From Nitrosopumilus sp. (GTDB taxonomy: Archaea; Thermoproteota; Nitrososphaeria; Nitrososphaerales; Nitrosopumilaceae), in the NCBI GenBank assembly GCA_965214775.1, contig OZ243974.1, forward strand, positions 480,001-544,000: a stretch of 64,000 nt of DNA, given 5' to 3'. Position numbers and translations under genes: made by a program. Under the pieces are notes generated by a model that was not told the origin of the DNA, did no database searches, and saw nothing but the letters and a program-made list of their open reading frames with translations. Shown piece after piece: positions 1 to 8,485 of this stretch (position 1 is the first letter of the stretch; each line of letters starts with the position of its first letter).

Positions 1-24
1 GTGAACTACTTTTTGGACTATACA
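1..24. mobile_element. Terminal inverted repeat (end) of an IS481-family element extending left of the window
   Basis: gtgaactactttttggactataca is identical to the right end of the IS481 at 18458-19609 and ends in ACA. Confidence 0.8.
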
Positions 25-824
25 GCGTTGGTGTTTGCTGTAAAACTCTTAATTAACTCCTTCATCTCATCAGAACTCACTCCGATAGCATCCGAAGCTA
101 CTTTGTAATCAGAATCACCAATTTGCGAAACTGCTTTTTCAATGTCATTTTGTGACAAAAGTTTCAACACGCCTGATTTGAGCGCATCTAGTTTTGTCTC
201 CGAATACCACATCAGTGCATAGATATCGGCAACATCCTTCCTTTTTTTGTGATCTTTGTTCCGGTTTGGTAGCGAAATGAGCTTGGTAGCAAGCAGGATC
301 TCTGGTTTTGGAAGCCTAACAGTTACCCCGAATTCCTTAGTTTCTACAAACTCGCCCTTTTCAAACAGCAAACCAAGTAATTTTTCATCAGCAGGCGTGA
401 TTCCCAAAACGTCATGGATGTTATTCGGTATGTTATCTACCAGAGGATCTACGTACAAATCAAACAGATCGTATTGCGGTGTTTTACGGGCTTCTTGTTC
501 TGTGAGCACTCTTTTTGTTTCTCTATGATAGTGTTGAACTAGGCGAAAACCAATCGAATAAAATCCAATGCCCTCCAGTGCACGAACGGATTGGTTAAAT
601 GCGGAATTCTCCATCGATTCTCTGGTTTCATTCTTTGAAAAATGAAATCCCAGGTCAATGTCTTTTGAGCCATGATAATCACGCCCTTTGTCTTTTTTGT
701 AGTTCTTGTTTATCGTAAGATAAACCGCCCACCCGCCAAGCAAACAAAGCGGCTTGGTTACTTTGGAAAACACCCTGACAAGGCTATCTCTTGAAATTTC
801 CGTCTCATGCTCTTCATAAAGCAT
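18..824 (-). CDS. Nucleotidyltransferase, AbiEii-like toxin (type IV TA); stop codon lies within the IS end
   Basis: LLGGWAV...GSKDIDL NTase motif and LLATKL...KDVADI; likely start MLYEEH overlaps the stop of the upstream HTH gene. Confidence 0.7.
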   Translation of the reverse strand: MLYEEHETEISRDSLVRVFSKVTKPLCLLGGWAVYLTINKNYKKDKGRDYHGSKDIDLGFHFSKNETRESMENSAFNQSVRALEGIGFYSIGFRLVQHYHRETKRVLTEQEARKTPQYDLFDLYVDPLVDNIPNNIHDVLGITPADEKLLGLLFEKGEFVETKEFGVTVRLPKPEILLATKLISLPNRNKDHKKRKDVADIYALMWYSETKLDALKSGVLKLLSQNDIEKAVSQIGDSDYKVASDAIGVSSDEMKELIKSFTANTNAV

Positions 825-1410
825 CCTTTTCCACCTTTTCCAGCAACATGTCGCCTGCCTCCCCACAGGCACCGCTCTCGTTGTACAGATCAAGTATGAC
901 TTGCGGAACAGATGCCAGGGTCAGGCCATCGACCTGAAATGACTTGTAAAACACGTGTTCGTCTCCGTAAATAACGCGCACATTTCCTTTTCCCACCAGT
1001 CCGTTTGCAACAAAGAGCTTGTGCCACTGTAGTCTGTCCGAATGGTGAACGTAAATGTCGGTTCTAGACGGAAACAGATAGTTTTGTATTTTGTTTTCTG
1101 CCCTATATGTGGTGAGCGCATATTCCAGATCCGTTTCTTGTAGCAGTTCCAGAGGTTTTTGTACCATGTACTCCCTGTATTGAAAGGCAGGCTGCCATTT
1201 CTGCCACCACAAAAACAGCGATCTAAAATCTCTCACTCTGGTTTTGTGGATTATTCCCTGCTTTTCCAGTCTTTGCAGCAATTCATGTATCCACGAATAT
1301 CCACTATCGGCCAATTTTGCTATTCGATACTTTGTCAATTTTCCGGCAGGCTCATTTAACAGAACTCGTGCCACTCTACCCTTGATGCTAGACCGTGTCT
1401 CTTTTTTCAT
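814..1410 (-). CDS. AbiEi-like winged-HTH antitoxin/regulator
   Basis: N-terminal wHTH (LTKYRIAKLADSGYSWIHELLQRLEKQG) and C-terminal ASVPQVILDLY motif; coupled to the NTase gene. Confidence 0.7.
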   Translation of the reverse strand: MKKETRSSIKGRVARVLLNEPAGKLTKYRIAKLADSGYSWIHELLQRLEKQGIIHKTRVRDFRSLFLWWQKWQPAFQYREYMVQKPLELLQETDLEYALTTYRAENKIQNYLFPSRTDIYVHHSDRLQWHKLFVANGLVGKGNVRVIYGDEHVFYKSFQVDGLTLASVPQVILDLYNESGACGEAGDMLLEKVEKDAL

Positions 1411-1579
1411 TCTATCGGTTTATATTAAATAGTATATCTAATAAAGATATATCTTTTTATTATAAATATTGCATCTAAAACCGATAATTTATTCTCAAAA
1501 TTAGGTTACACAAGTCGAAAATATGGGTATTTCGTCTTTAAATGGAGCATTATAAGCAATGCCGACAGAATTATCCGAG

Positions 1580-1811
1580 TGTAGTATATGAAAAGTCGGT
1601 CCGCTAGTCATCTGCATCCCTCTCCATCCATTTTGGGTCCTTCCTCCTGATCGCTTCCGTTGCCTCCTTGCTTCTAAACGCCAGAAGCGGCGTCTCACAG
1701 TTGGCAATGTCAAGCGAAAAGTGAAGCCTTCTCTCGTTGTAATAGTCCACGTACTGTTTCAGGCCGTCATAATGCCATATCTCCTCCTCGATGGTGCGAT
1801 GGAGCCTCTCC
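1580..1811 (-). mobile_element. IS481 left fragment (TIR plus C-terminal end of the transposase)
   Basis: Starts TGTAGTATATGAAAAGTCGGTCCGC; minus strand encodes ERLHRTIEEEIWHYDGLKQYVDYYNERRLHFSLDIANCETP, homologous to the C-terminus of the IS481 transposase at 12821-13840. Confidence 0.85.
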
Positions 1812-1879
1812 GGTTTACCCGTCTCAGGCGGTGAAATCCCCCCTTAAACCGAAAAAATCCATTGTGAGGTGGCTGTACA

Positions 1880-3316
1880 ATGAGTGATACCGTAAAAAGG
1901 TCGTGGGGGCGGCACGAGAAGCTGCTTGAGGATCCCGACGTCAAGAGATGGTGCGACAATATAGCAAGGGGCAGCGTGGCCACCGCAGAGATCCGGCTGC
2001 GCAGGCTCGGCGTGTACTGCGAGAGGACAGGCACCACGCCGAGGGACTTTGCGCAGGCCGGAGTCGACGACGTAAGAAGCGTCGAGGACCTGCTGATGGA
2101 CCACGTGTCGTTTCTCGAGGGCAGGGGGCATGCGCCCTCGTACATCGAGGACATACTCAAGACGCTGCGCTCCTGGCTCTCGTTCAACTATGTGCGGCTG
2201 GTCCGGAAGATAAAGATCAAGAACGCCGACATTCCGGTGACGCTGGAGGACGAGGAGATTCCCACCCGGGAGAGAATCCAGGACGTGCTGGACTCGGCAC
2301 CGGCAAGGGAGCGCGTGTCGATATCGATGATGGCCTTTGCCGGCGTGCGGCCGCAGGTGCTTGGCAGCCACCACGGCGAGGACGGCCTCAGGATGAGGGA
2401 CATCCCGGATCTGCAGGTGGACGGCCAGAACGTATCCATTGCCAGGACGCCTGCAAGGATAACGGTGAGGCCCGCCCTGAGCAAGGCCGGACACCAGTAC
2501 TTTACGTTCCTGCCCGAGGCAGGGTGCAGGTACCTGCAGGGATACCTCATGGAGAGGATCGCAGGAGGCGAGAAGATTGAACCGGACTCGCCCGTGATCA
2601 CGTTCGTCAAGGGATACAGGACAAAGTCGGACCGCGACACGTCCCACCTGAGGACCGTGACCGTCACGGAAGGAATCAGGAACGCCTTTGGCATTATAAT
2701 CAAGGAGCGGCCCTACGTCCTGCGGGCGTACTTTGACACCCAGCTGCTGCTTGCGGAGAGCAATGGAAGGATGACGCACGCGTACCGCCAGTTCTTCATG
2801 GGACACAAGGGCGACATCGAGGCAAAGTATACGACCAACAAGCACAGGCTTGCCGACGAGCTCGTATCGGACATGAGGGGGGCATACGAGCGCAGCCAGG
2901 GGTTCCTCGTGCCAGGCGCGGATGATGAGACCGCATCAAGGGACAGGAAGGATCTGCTGCTTGAGATGTGGAGGGGGCAGGCGCGGCTGTACGGGATAGA
3001 CCCCGTAAAGATAAGGATAGAAAAGCAGAGGGCATCGCAGGGCAAAAAGACCGGGCAGGCAGATACGGCAGATGATCAGATAGGCGCCATCAAGGCTGCC
3101 ATTCAAAGGATAATCAGGGGAGACGGCCGGACGGTGCGGCCGCAGGCAGGCGAGAAAAAGGCATACGAGAGCAGGCTGGTCGACGGTGAGGGGGATCTCG
3201 TAGCATGTATTGAGGACGGGTGGGAGGTCATAAGGGAGCTAAGCAGCGGCAAGATCCTTCTCAGGCGCAGCACCGGGGCGGAGCCGGCGGGGGTTCCCGA
3301 CCATTCGGACCAGTGA
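1880..3316 (+). CDS. Tyrosine recombinase/integrase
   Basis: AFAGVRPQVL (R), LSKAG (K), PYVLRAYF (R), MGHKGDIEAKY (H,Y); N-terminal SAM-like domain. Confidence 0.9.
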   Translation: MSDTVKRSWGRHEKLLEDPDVKRWCDNIARGSVATAEIRLRRLGVYCERTGTTPRDFAQAGVDDVRSVEDLLMDHVSFLEGRGHAPSYIEDILKTLRSWLSFNYVRLVRKIKIKNADIPVTLEDEEIPTRERIQDVLDSAPARERVSISMMAFAGVRPQVLGSHHGEDGLRMRDIPDLQVDGQNVSIARTPARITVRPALSKAGHQYFTFLPEAGCRYLQGYLMERIAGGEKIEPDSPVITFVKGYRTKSDRDTSHLRTVTVTEGIRNAFGIIIKERPYVLRAYFDTQLLLAESNGRMTHAYRQFFMGHKGDIEAKYTTNKHRLADELVSDMRGAYERSQGFLVPGADDETASRDRKDLLLEMWRGQARLYGIDPVKIRIEKQRASQGKKTGQADTADDQIGAIKAAIQRIIRGDGRTVRPQAGEKKAYESRLVDGEGDLVACIEDGWEVIRELSSGKILLRRSTGAEPAGVPDHSDQ

Positions 3317-3610
3317 CTCTATCGCATCCTCCTTTTTCCGGTATGCCTTTTCAGATATTACGGAGAGCAGCGCGTTGATCAGCTCGACGTACGGGGCTAT
3401 GGCGCCGCATACTACGGCGTCAAGGAACTCGTGCCGCAGGGTCTCCAGGGCGCCTGCAAAGTCCGTGGAATAGACGTAGATCCTGCTTCCGATTACCTCG
3501 CCCTCCTTTGCAGAGTCGGCTTTTGGAACCCACAGGACGTCAAGGTCCGCGTTTGTCCCGCTTGCCTTCTTGAGCCTGTCAAGCTCCTCCCTGAGCGATT
3601 CCCTGAGCAT
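3239..3610 (-). CDS. Small zincin-like protein convergent with the integrase
   Basis: KEGEV...IYVY...LETLRHEFLD, an HExxD/H-like motif. Confidence 0.5.
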   Translation of the reverse strand: MLRESLREELDRLKKASGTNADLDVLWVPKADSAKEGEVIGSRIYVYSTDFAGALETLRHEFLDAVVCGAIAPYVELINALLSVISEKAYRKKEDAIESLVRMVGNPRRLRPGAAPEKDLAAA

Positions 3611-4014
3611 GGCCGCCTTGCCTTCCATCCATCTGCATGGGGCTGTTTTCTTAAAAGCAGAGACAGGGTCCGGACGCGAGGGTCTGCCCCTTCAGAAGGC
3701 GCGGCGTGGGGGTGGAGGGGGGCGTGGTGATCAAGACCCCGGCCGGCGGTGCCGCCCACGGGGAAAGCCCCTGCGTCCGGATTTTCAGGATTTGAAAAAG
3801 CATCTCCGGCAACTGACTGCGTCGGATGCCTTGGAAGCCATGGTGACGGTTGAAGATCCTTGATCATCAAAAGGCGCATTCCGGCGCAGATCATGCCGGC
3901 ATGTGTTGGGGAACTCGGCCGCCACCGTCCATATCAGGGACGATCCAAGTGGGACGTCCAAGTACCGGTGGAAGGCACAGACCACGGCGGTTTTTGACGA
4001 ACCGTAAATGTTCG

Positions 4015-4803
4015 TCAGGATCTCCTTCTTCCCCCAACGATTACGCTTGGGATTCCATAGTTCTTCCTGTACTTGTTGACATAGTCTGCGATATCGCCGC
4101 TAAGCGAGTCATTTGATATGTCGTCAAATATTATCGCGCAGATGTTGGGAAACCTTTCTTGGTACTCCTCAAGCTGGGCCCCGAGGTTGCGCAGATCCGA
4201 GCGCTGCTTTGGCACCTTGAGCTCCAGCACGTACCTGCCGTCTACCAGTATGTCGATTCTGTCGTTTCCGATTATGGTTACCTGCCGGTCGATCTTCCTG
4301 CCGGGAAACTTGGCCTTGAGAAAGATCACCAGCTGCGATTCAAGGTGCTCCTCGTTTGATATCTTTTCGGGCTCAAACTCGGCACGTATCAGGTCGATCA
4401 TCGGCCCAAAGTCGCCGCGCCCATGCTCCGGGCCGCCTGCGTCCCTGAAAAAACTCGGGGATACAATGCGTCTCTTTTTTGCAAACTCGCTGAGATGGGC
4501 GTACCTTATCTCCCCGCCGGGGACGTGCCTCCAGATAAAGTCAAGATAGTCCTTTCTGGATGGCGGGATTTTACGCCTCCTTCCGTTGTCATCAGTATCG
4601 ACCTCCGGCTCGGGTTTTTTATTCAGGTATTTTTTCAAAAACTCCTCAAGATCAGGTATCTCAAAGTGTTCCAGGAGATCGTCGACCCTGCCACGGATTT
4701 CATCGAGTTCGTGCTGCCTCTGCCTCCTTTGATCCTGAACCTGGTCGTATTTCTTCTTGGCATCCGATAGGATCTTCTTCCAGCCCACGCGCAGCTCAGG
4801 CAT
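4015..4803 (-). CDS. PD-(D/E)xK nuclease-domain protein
   Basis: C-terminal EEHLESQL...RIDILVDG...LELKV...QLEEY pattern. Confidence 0.65.
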   Translation of the reverse strand: MPELRVGWKKILSDAKKKYDQVQDQRRQRQHELDEIRGRVDDLLEHFEIPDLEEFLKKYLNKKPEPEVDTDDNGRRRKIPPSRKDYLDFIWRHVPGGEIRYAHLSEFAKKRRIVSPSFFRDAGGPEHGRGDFGPMIDLIRAEFEPEKISNEEHLESQLVIFLKAKFPGRKIDRQVTIIGNDRIDILVDGRYVLELKVPKQRSDLRNLGAQLEEYQERFPNICAIIFDDISNDSLSGDIADYVNKYRKNYGIPSVIVGGRRRS

Positions 4804-5104
4804 GGCAGATATTTAATTTTTGACTGGCATGTGGGACAAGAGTCTGCCCTCCGGGAGATGCGGCACAGAATGCGTGATCATAATAACCTCGGCATGTAGT
4901 GCAGTTGTGGCCAGACTTGACATGGCTGACCGCTTTTTTACAGCCGGCTCTGGTGTTTTTCAGAGTCAGAATATACGTCAGGGCCTGATTGTATCGTACG
5001 CGGCGCCTTTTGCCTCCACACATGCCACGTAATGCTGTCTGTTTTGCATGCATGGCCGACTTGCTATCGGAATATTTTGATCCCGGAGACTGCGTACAGG
5101 GTGA

Positions 5105-5320
5105 CTAGTCGCCGTACTTGGCATAGTGTTCCTTCCACTCTGCAACCCTTTTCTTGATGGCCTGTTTTACGGGCTCAACTGCACCGGGCTCCAGCTCGGA
5201 GAGCTTGAAACCGCCATGACCATGAAGCACGGCAAGCTCTTCTGCGGTGACATATTCCGACATGTGCCCCCTTTCGTATGTCGGATTCTTGAACAGTTCA
5301 GATAAACTTGTATTTGCCAT
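5105..5320 (-). CDS. Small protein overlapping the upstream gene by 23 bp (candidate immunity/antitoxin)
   Basis: 71-aa ORF; weak similarity to 23126-23311 and 23491-23694. Confidence 0.55.
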   Translation of the reverse strand: MANTSLSELFKNPTYERGHMSEYVTAEELAVLHGHGGFKLSELEPGAVEPVKQAIKKRVAEWKEHYAKYGD

Positions 5321-5936
5321 TGCTGTATACCACCACTATCTCTTTTTGGTTGTACTTGTTCTTAAACATTAGCAGTTTTTTCACGTCTGCGCTTATTATC
5401 ATGCCCACGTCATTGTCTACCCTGTTCTTATCCACGTCTGTCCACGTTCCAATCGACGGCGTATATCCCTCGCTTACAGTTCTCTCAAACTCACGTTCAG
5501 ACGTCTCATCAAACGGCCTCGCGTGATGTGTGCGTCCTATGATCCCTACGGGCTTGCCGCCTATGCCGTGTGCGTCATAGAACCTCCTACGATGCGCCGG
5601 ATTAAAGACGTCAAATACGGAGTTGGTTGCATAGTCATACGTTCCACTCCCTCCCTCTGCCATGAGTTTATTCATCGCAGGCAGGCCGTTGGAGAATTCA
5701 GATGCCTTTATCCTTCCGCCGTGCCTGCTCAGGGGGTCGGGCTTTATCGGTTCGCCCTTTTTGTAATTTATCACAGACCGCCTGCCTCCACCCGCTACTG
5801 GAACCTCCCTCCTTATCCATCTTGTGCCCGGACTCGTCAAGCCTTCCTGCACGTGGCGGGAGGAACCTCCTGTGCCGGCAACCATAAATTCGTGAAAGCC
5901 GCCTGCTGCCGGTAGGCGTATTTGTTCATAAAACAC
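5298..5936 (-). CDS. Hypothetical protein, C-terminus homologous to 22714-23148
   Basis: IGTWTD...NDVGMIIS...LMFKNKYNQKEIVV motif shared with 22714-23148. Confidence 0.6.
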   Translation of the reverse strand: MFYEQIRLPAAGGFHEFMVAGTGGSSRHVQEGLTSPGTRWIRREVPVAGGGRRSVINYKKGEPIKPDPLSRHGGRIKASEFSNGLPAMNKLMAEGGSGTYDYATNSVFDVFNPAHRRRFYDAHGIGGKPVGIIGRTHHARPFDETSEREFERTVSEGYTPSIGTWTDVDKNRVDNDVGMIISADVKKLLMFKNKYNQKEIVVVYSNGKYKFI

Positions 5937-6139
5937 TTTACAAACTTTTGCTCGCCAGGATGCCAGTTACCCGGCGGCAAGTGAACCGTCTCCGAGGATC
6001 TTCTCGCAGACCTCACATATGAGGCCGCTTGGCCAGCAATGAGGCGGGACAAGTCACGACTTTGCAGGTGCGTACCTCATTGACCTCGCACGAATCAGAT
6101 CTCTAAATCCTTAATACTGCCACAGTCCTGTTCCAGCGC

Positions 6140-6373
6140 ATGAGATTTCTGGTGGACGAAAACCTCTCAAAGAACAAAAAATCCCTGGTTGATCACAGGA
6201 ACCTGAAAAACGTCAAGGATGAAATCGACGGAGGGGTTTCTGACGAAAGGATCATCGAATGCGCAAAAGGCCACGGTCGCGGAATCTACACCCGGGACAA
6301 GGGGTGCGCCCTGCTTGGACTGATTGCAGGGGTTATCGTATGGTACAGGGATCAAGAAACAAGGAGGGCGTAA
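6140..6373 (+). CDS. DUF5615/PIN-like protein, short
   Basis: MRFLVDENL...SDERII...IYTRDK pattern. Confidence 0.6.
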   Translation: MRFLVDENLSKNKKSLVDHRNLKNVKDEIDGGVSDERIIECAKGHGRGIYTRDKGCALLGLIAGVIVWYRDQETRRA

Positions 6374-6598
6374 AGCTAAATGCCCAGAAGCTGCGATTTA
6401 CAAAAAAAGAAAGGGAAGATGGACCATAGCTGCGCACTGCGGCTCATGTGGTATCCTTGTCCTGTGCACGCATCCATGCGTCTTGGGATGTTTGCAGCAG
6501 ACCGTCGGCTTCATGCAGGCCTGCAGCGTTCAGTCCTGCAGTATTCTGCTTGTCTGAAAAAACGGGGGAGCACTGTCCAGTCCTTCGGGGAACCTGCT

Positions 6599-6718
6599 GT
6601 ATCCCGGAAACCGCGGCCTCCTGCGGGAGCCGTGCAGCCTGATCTCCCGTATCATCTCGATTGCCAGCTCCTGCAGCAATCCCCTTACCTCTGACATGAC
6701 GTAAAAAACCACGCTGCT
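6599..6718. repeat. ~120-bp dispersed repeat, copy 1 (copy 2 at 42904-43024); encodes a short minus-strand peptide
   Basis: Long identical core accgcggcctcctgcgggagccgtgcagcctgatctcccgtatcatctcgattgc. Confidence 0.85.
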
Positions 6719-6961
6719 TTAAAGCCCAAAAAGCCGGACGGGAATATACACCACGGAGGATCCGGCCTTGCTACCGGCCGGCCATGGGGTCGCAGCTGTA
6801 TGGGAGCCCCTGCCCGGCTGACGGGGCGGGAAGTCCGGTGCATGCCCTGACGCGCCGCCCCGGCCAGAGAACAGGGCAAGCCCCTCCGAATCGGCCCAAA
6901 AAACCTTTTATTGCCTGTACCGTACTTTACGGTACCATGAACAAAAGGAAGAGCCAAGGAC

Positions 6962-7153
6962 ATGATTGAGCGCTGTCCCTCGTGCGAGACGGGCTCGATC
7001 AGCACCCCTGTCATCCTTGCCAGGGGATCCAAGAGACGCCGAATCCGGCTCCCGTGCCGGGCATGCCGACACTGCAAGATCATAATCATCGACGACGTAA
7101 AAAAGATGGGCGGCTGGGCCATCTGGATCGGAGATGAAAAATCGGATCTTTAA
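6962..7153 (+). CDS. Small zinc-ribbon protein
   Basis: CPSC...CRHC. Confidence 0.5.
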   Translation: MIERCPSCETGSISTPVILARGSKRRRIRLPCRACRHCKIIIIDDVKKMGGWAIWIGDEKSDL

Positions 7154-7170
7154 ATCATTTCTTTTTTCTT

Positions 7171-7851
7171 GTGTTCGTGAATCCGCTGCTGGTTATTACC
7201 CTGATCCACCTCGCATACGCCGGCGGCATAGATGCATTTCTTGAGGAATACGACAGACAGACGTGGTATCTAGGCGAGGATTTGGTACCCGGCGACTATT
7301 TTGTGTATGACGTGTGCGACGCGGTGCATTTCAGGGACGGCTCGTGCTATGCAATACGCCTTGACTTTTACGCGGAGCTCCTGTCTCCTGCGGGCGATAC
7401 ATGGGTGGTGCAGGCCGAGATAACGGACGGCGGGCACAATACTGCACACCACATATTCCTCATTGACTCGGACACGATGAGGATCAGGACGGATCATGTG
7501 GGATCTGCACATGCGCGCTCCGTGGAGAACACCATATTCTATCTCTCACAGTTTGCCCCGCCATACGGCCAGAAGAGTCTCGGGGTTGGAAGCGTATGGG
7601 GCGAGGTTCCCTCATCGCTGGGGGCAGCCGAGCTCCATGTCGCGTCCCATGATACGGCTCACGTGGGTGATGATATACTGGACGTGTCGATCCTGGAATA
7701 CTGGGTGTTCAGGTCCAGCGTATTTGCGGTATCAGAGTCACTGGGGTTCCCCGTGTCCGCATCCGTGTATGACCCGCGCGCAACGCTTGACGATCCATCC
7801 CTGGCATTCGCGTTCACGCTGTCCGAGTTCTCCTCGGGCAGAGGGCAGTGA
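7171..7851 (+). CDS. Exported hypothetical protein
   Basis: 226-aa ORF with N-terminal hydrophobic signal peptide (AYA). Confidence 0.7.
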   Translation: MFVNPLLVITLIHLAYAGGIDAFLEEYDRQTWYLGEDLVPGDYFVYDVCDAVHFRDGSCYAIRLDFYAELLSPAGDTWVVQAEITDGGHNTAHHIFLIDSDTMRIRTDHVGSAHARSVENTIFYLSQFAPPYGQKSLGVGSVWGEVPSSLGAAELHVASHDTAHVGDDILDVSILEYWVFRSSVFAVSESLGFPVSASVYDPRATLDDPSLAFAFTLSEFSSGRGQ

Positions 7852-7909
7852 GGATTTTCCTAAAACGCCAAGGGCCGAATCCGGACGGCCGCAATACAAT
7901 TCCAAAAGC

Positions 7910-8031
7910 GTCCCGGACGTCGGCTACTGTCGCCCACCTGCGGGAACATTTTGTCCCGGACGTCGGCTACTGTCGCCCACCTGCGGGAACATTTTGTCCC
8001 GGACGTCGGCTACTGTCGCCCACCTGCGGGA
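7910..8031. repeat. Tandem repeat, 43-bp unit x 2.8
   Basis: gtcccggacgtcggctactgtcgcccacctgcgggaacatttt starting at 7910, 7953 and 7996. Confidence 0.95.
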
Positions 8032-8143
8032 CAAGATCATCCCTTCTGCACCGGATCTGACGCGATCCTGGTACGGGCATGCCCGGAATCCGGAACGGGA
8101 GGATTCCTTGCGGCCTCTAAATAGAACCCGCATTATGTATGCA

Positions 8144-8485
8144 ATGAACCCACTGGTGATAGTCGGCGTGGTGACCGTATCGCTGCTTGCCGCAGGCATG
8201 ATTGTGTCGTTTTCGGGGGATCAGCTGAGGTACTCGCAGACGGCCGAAAGGATTGCAGAGATGCAGTCAGAGCGGACGCGCGAGGAGCTGGATGCCACGT
8301 ACGGGGACGGCCGGATCACACTGGAGAATCCGGGCTCCGTGCCGGTGCACATCGTGGAGATTCGCATACTGGATGATGACGGCCATATGATACACCGAGA
8401 AAAGGCCGACAGCACGATTGCGCCTGCACGGGGCCTGGAGGTGCCGCTTGATGCGGGACTGCTAAACCCGGAGGATGCGCAATGA
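8144..8485 (+). CDS. Archaeal pilin/archaellin-like small protein
   Basis: N-terminal hydrophobic helix followed by ITLENPGSVPVHIVEIRI beta-sandwich motif. Confidence 0.55.
   Translation: MNPLVIVGVVTVSLLAAGMIVSFSGDQLRYSQTAERIAEMQSERTREELDATYGDGRITLENPGSVPVHIVEIRILDDDGHMIHREKADSTIAPARGLEVPLDAGLLNPEDAQ

Noticed and set aside
1844-2845. 333-aa antisense ORF and similar shadow ORFs in GC-rich genes
   Set aside because: They lie opposite well-supported genes and have no recognisable motifs
7910-8031. CRISPR array
   Set aside because: The units are exact tandem copies with no unique spacers
7496-8143. N-terminal part of the 329-aa ORF
   Set aside because: It overlaps a better gene and reads through the tandem repeat; the real gene likely starts at 8135 or 8144
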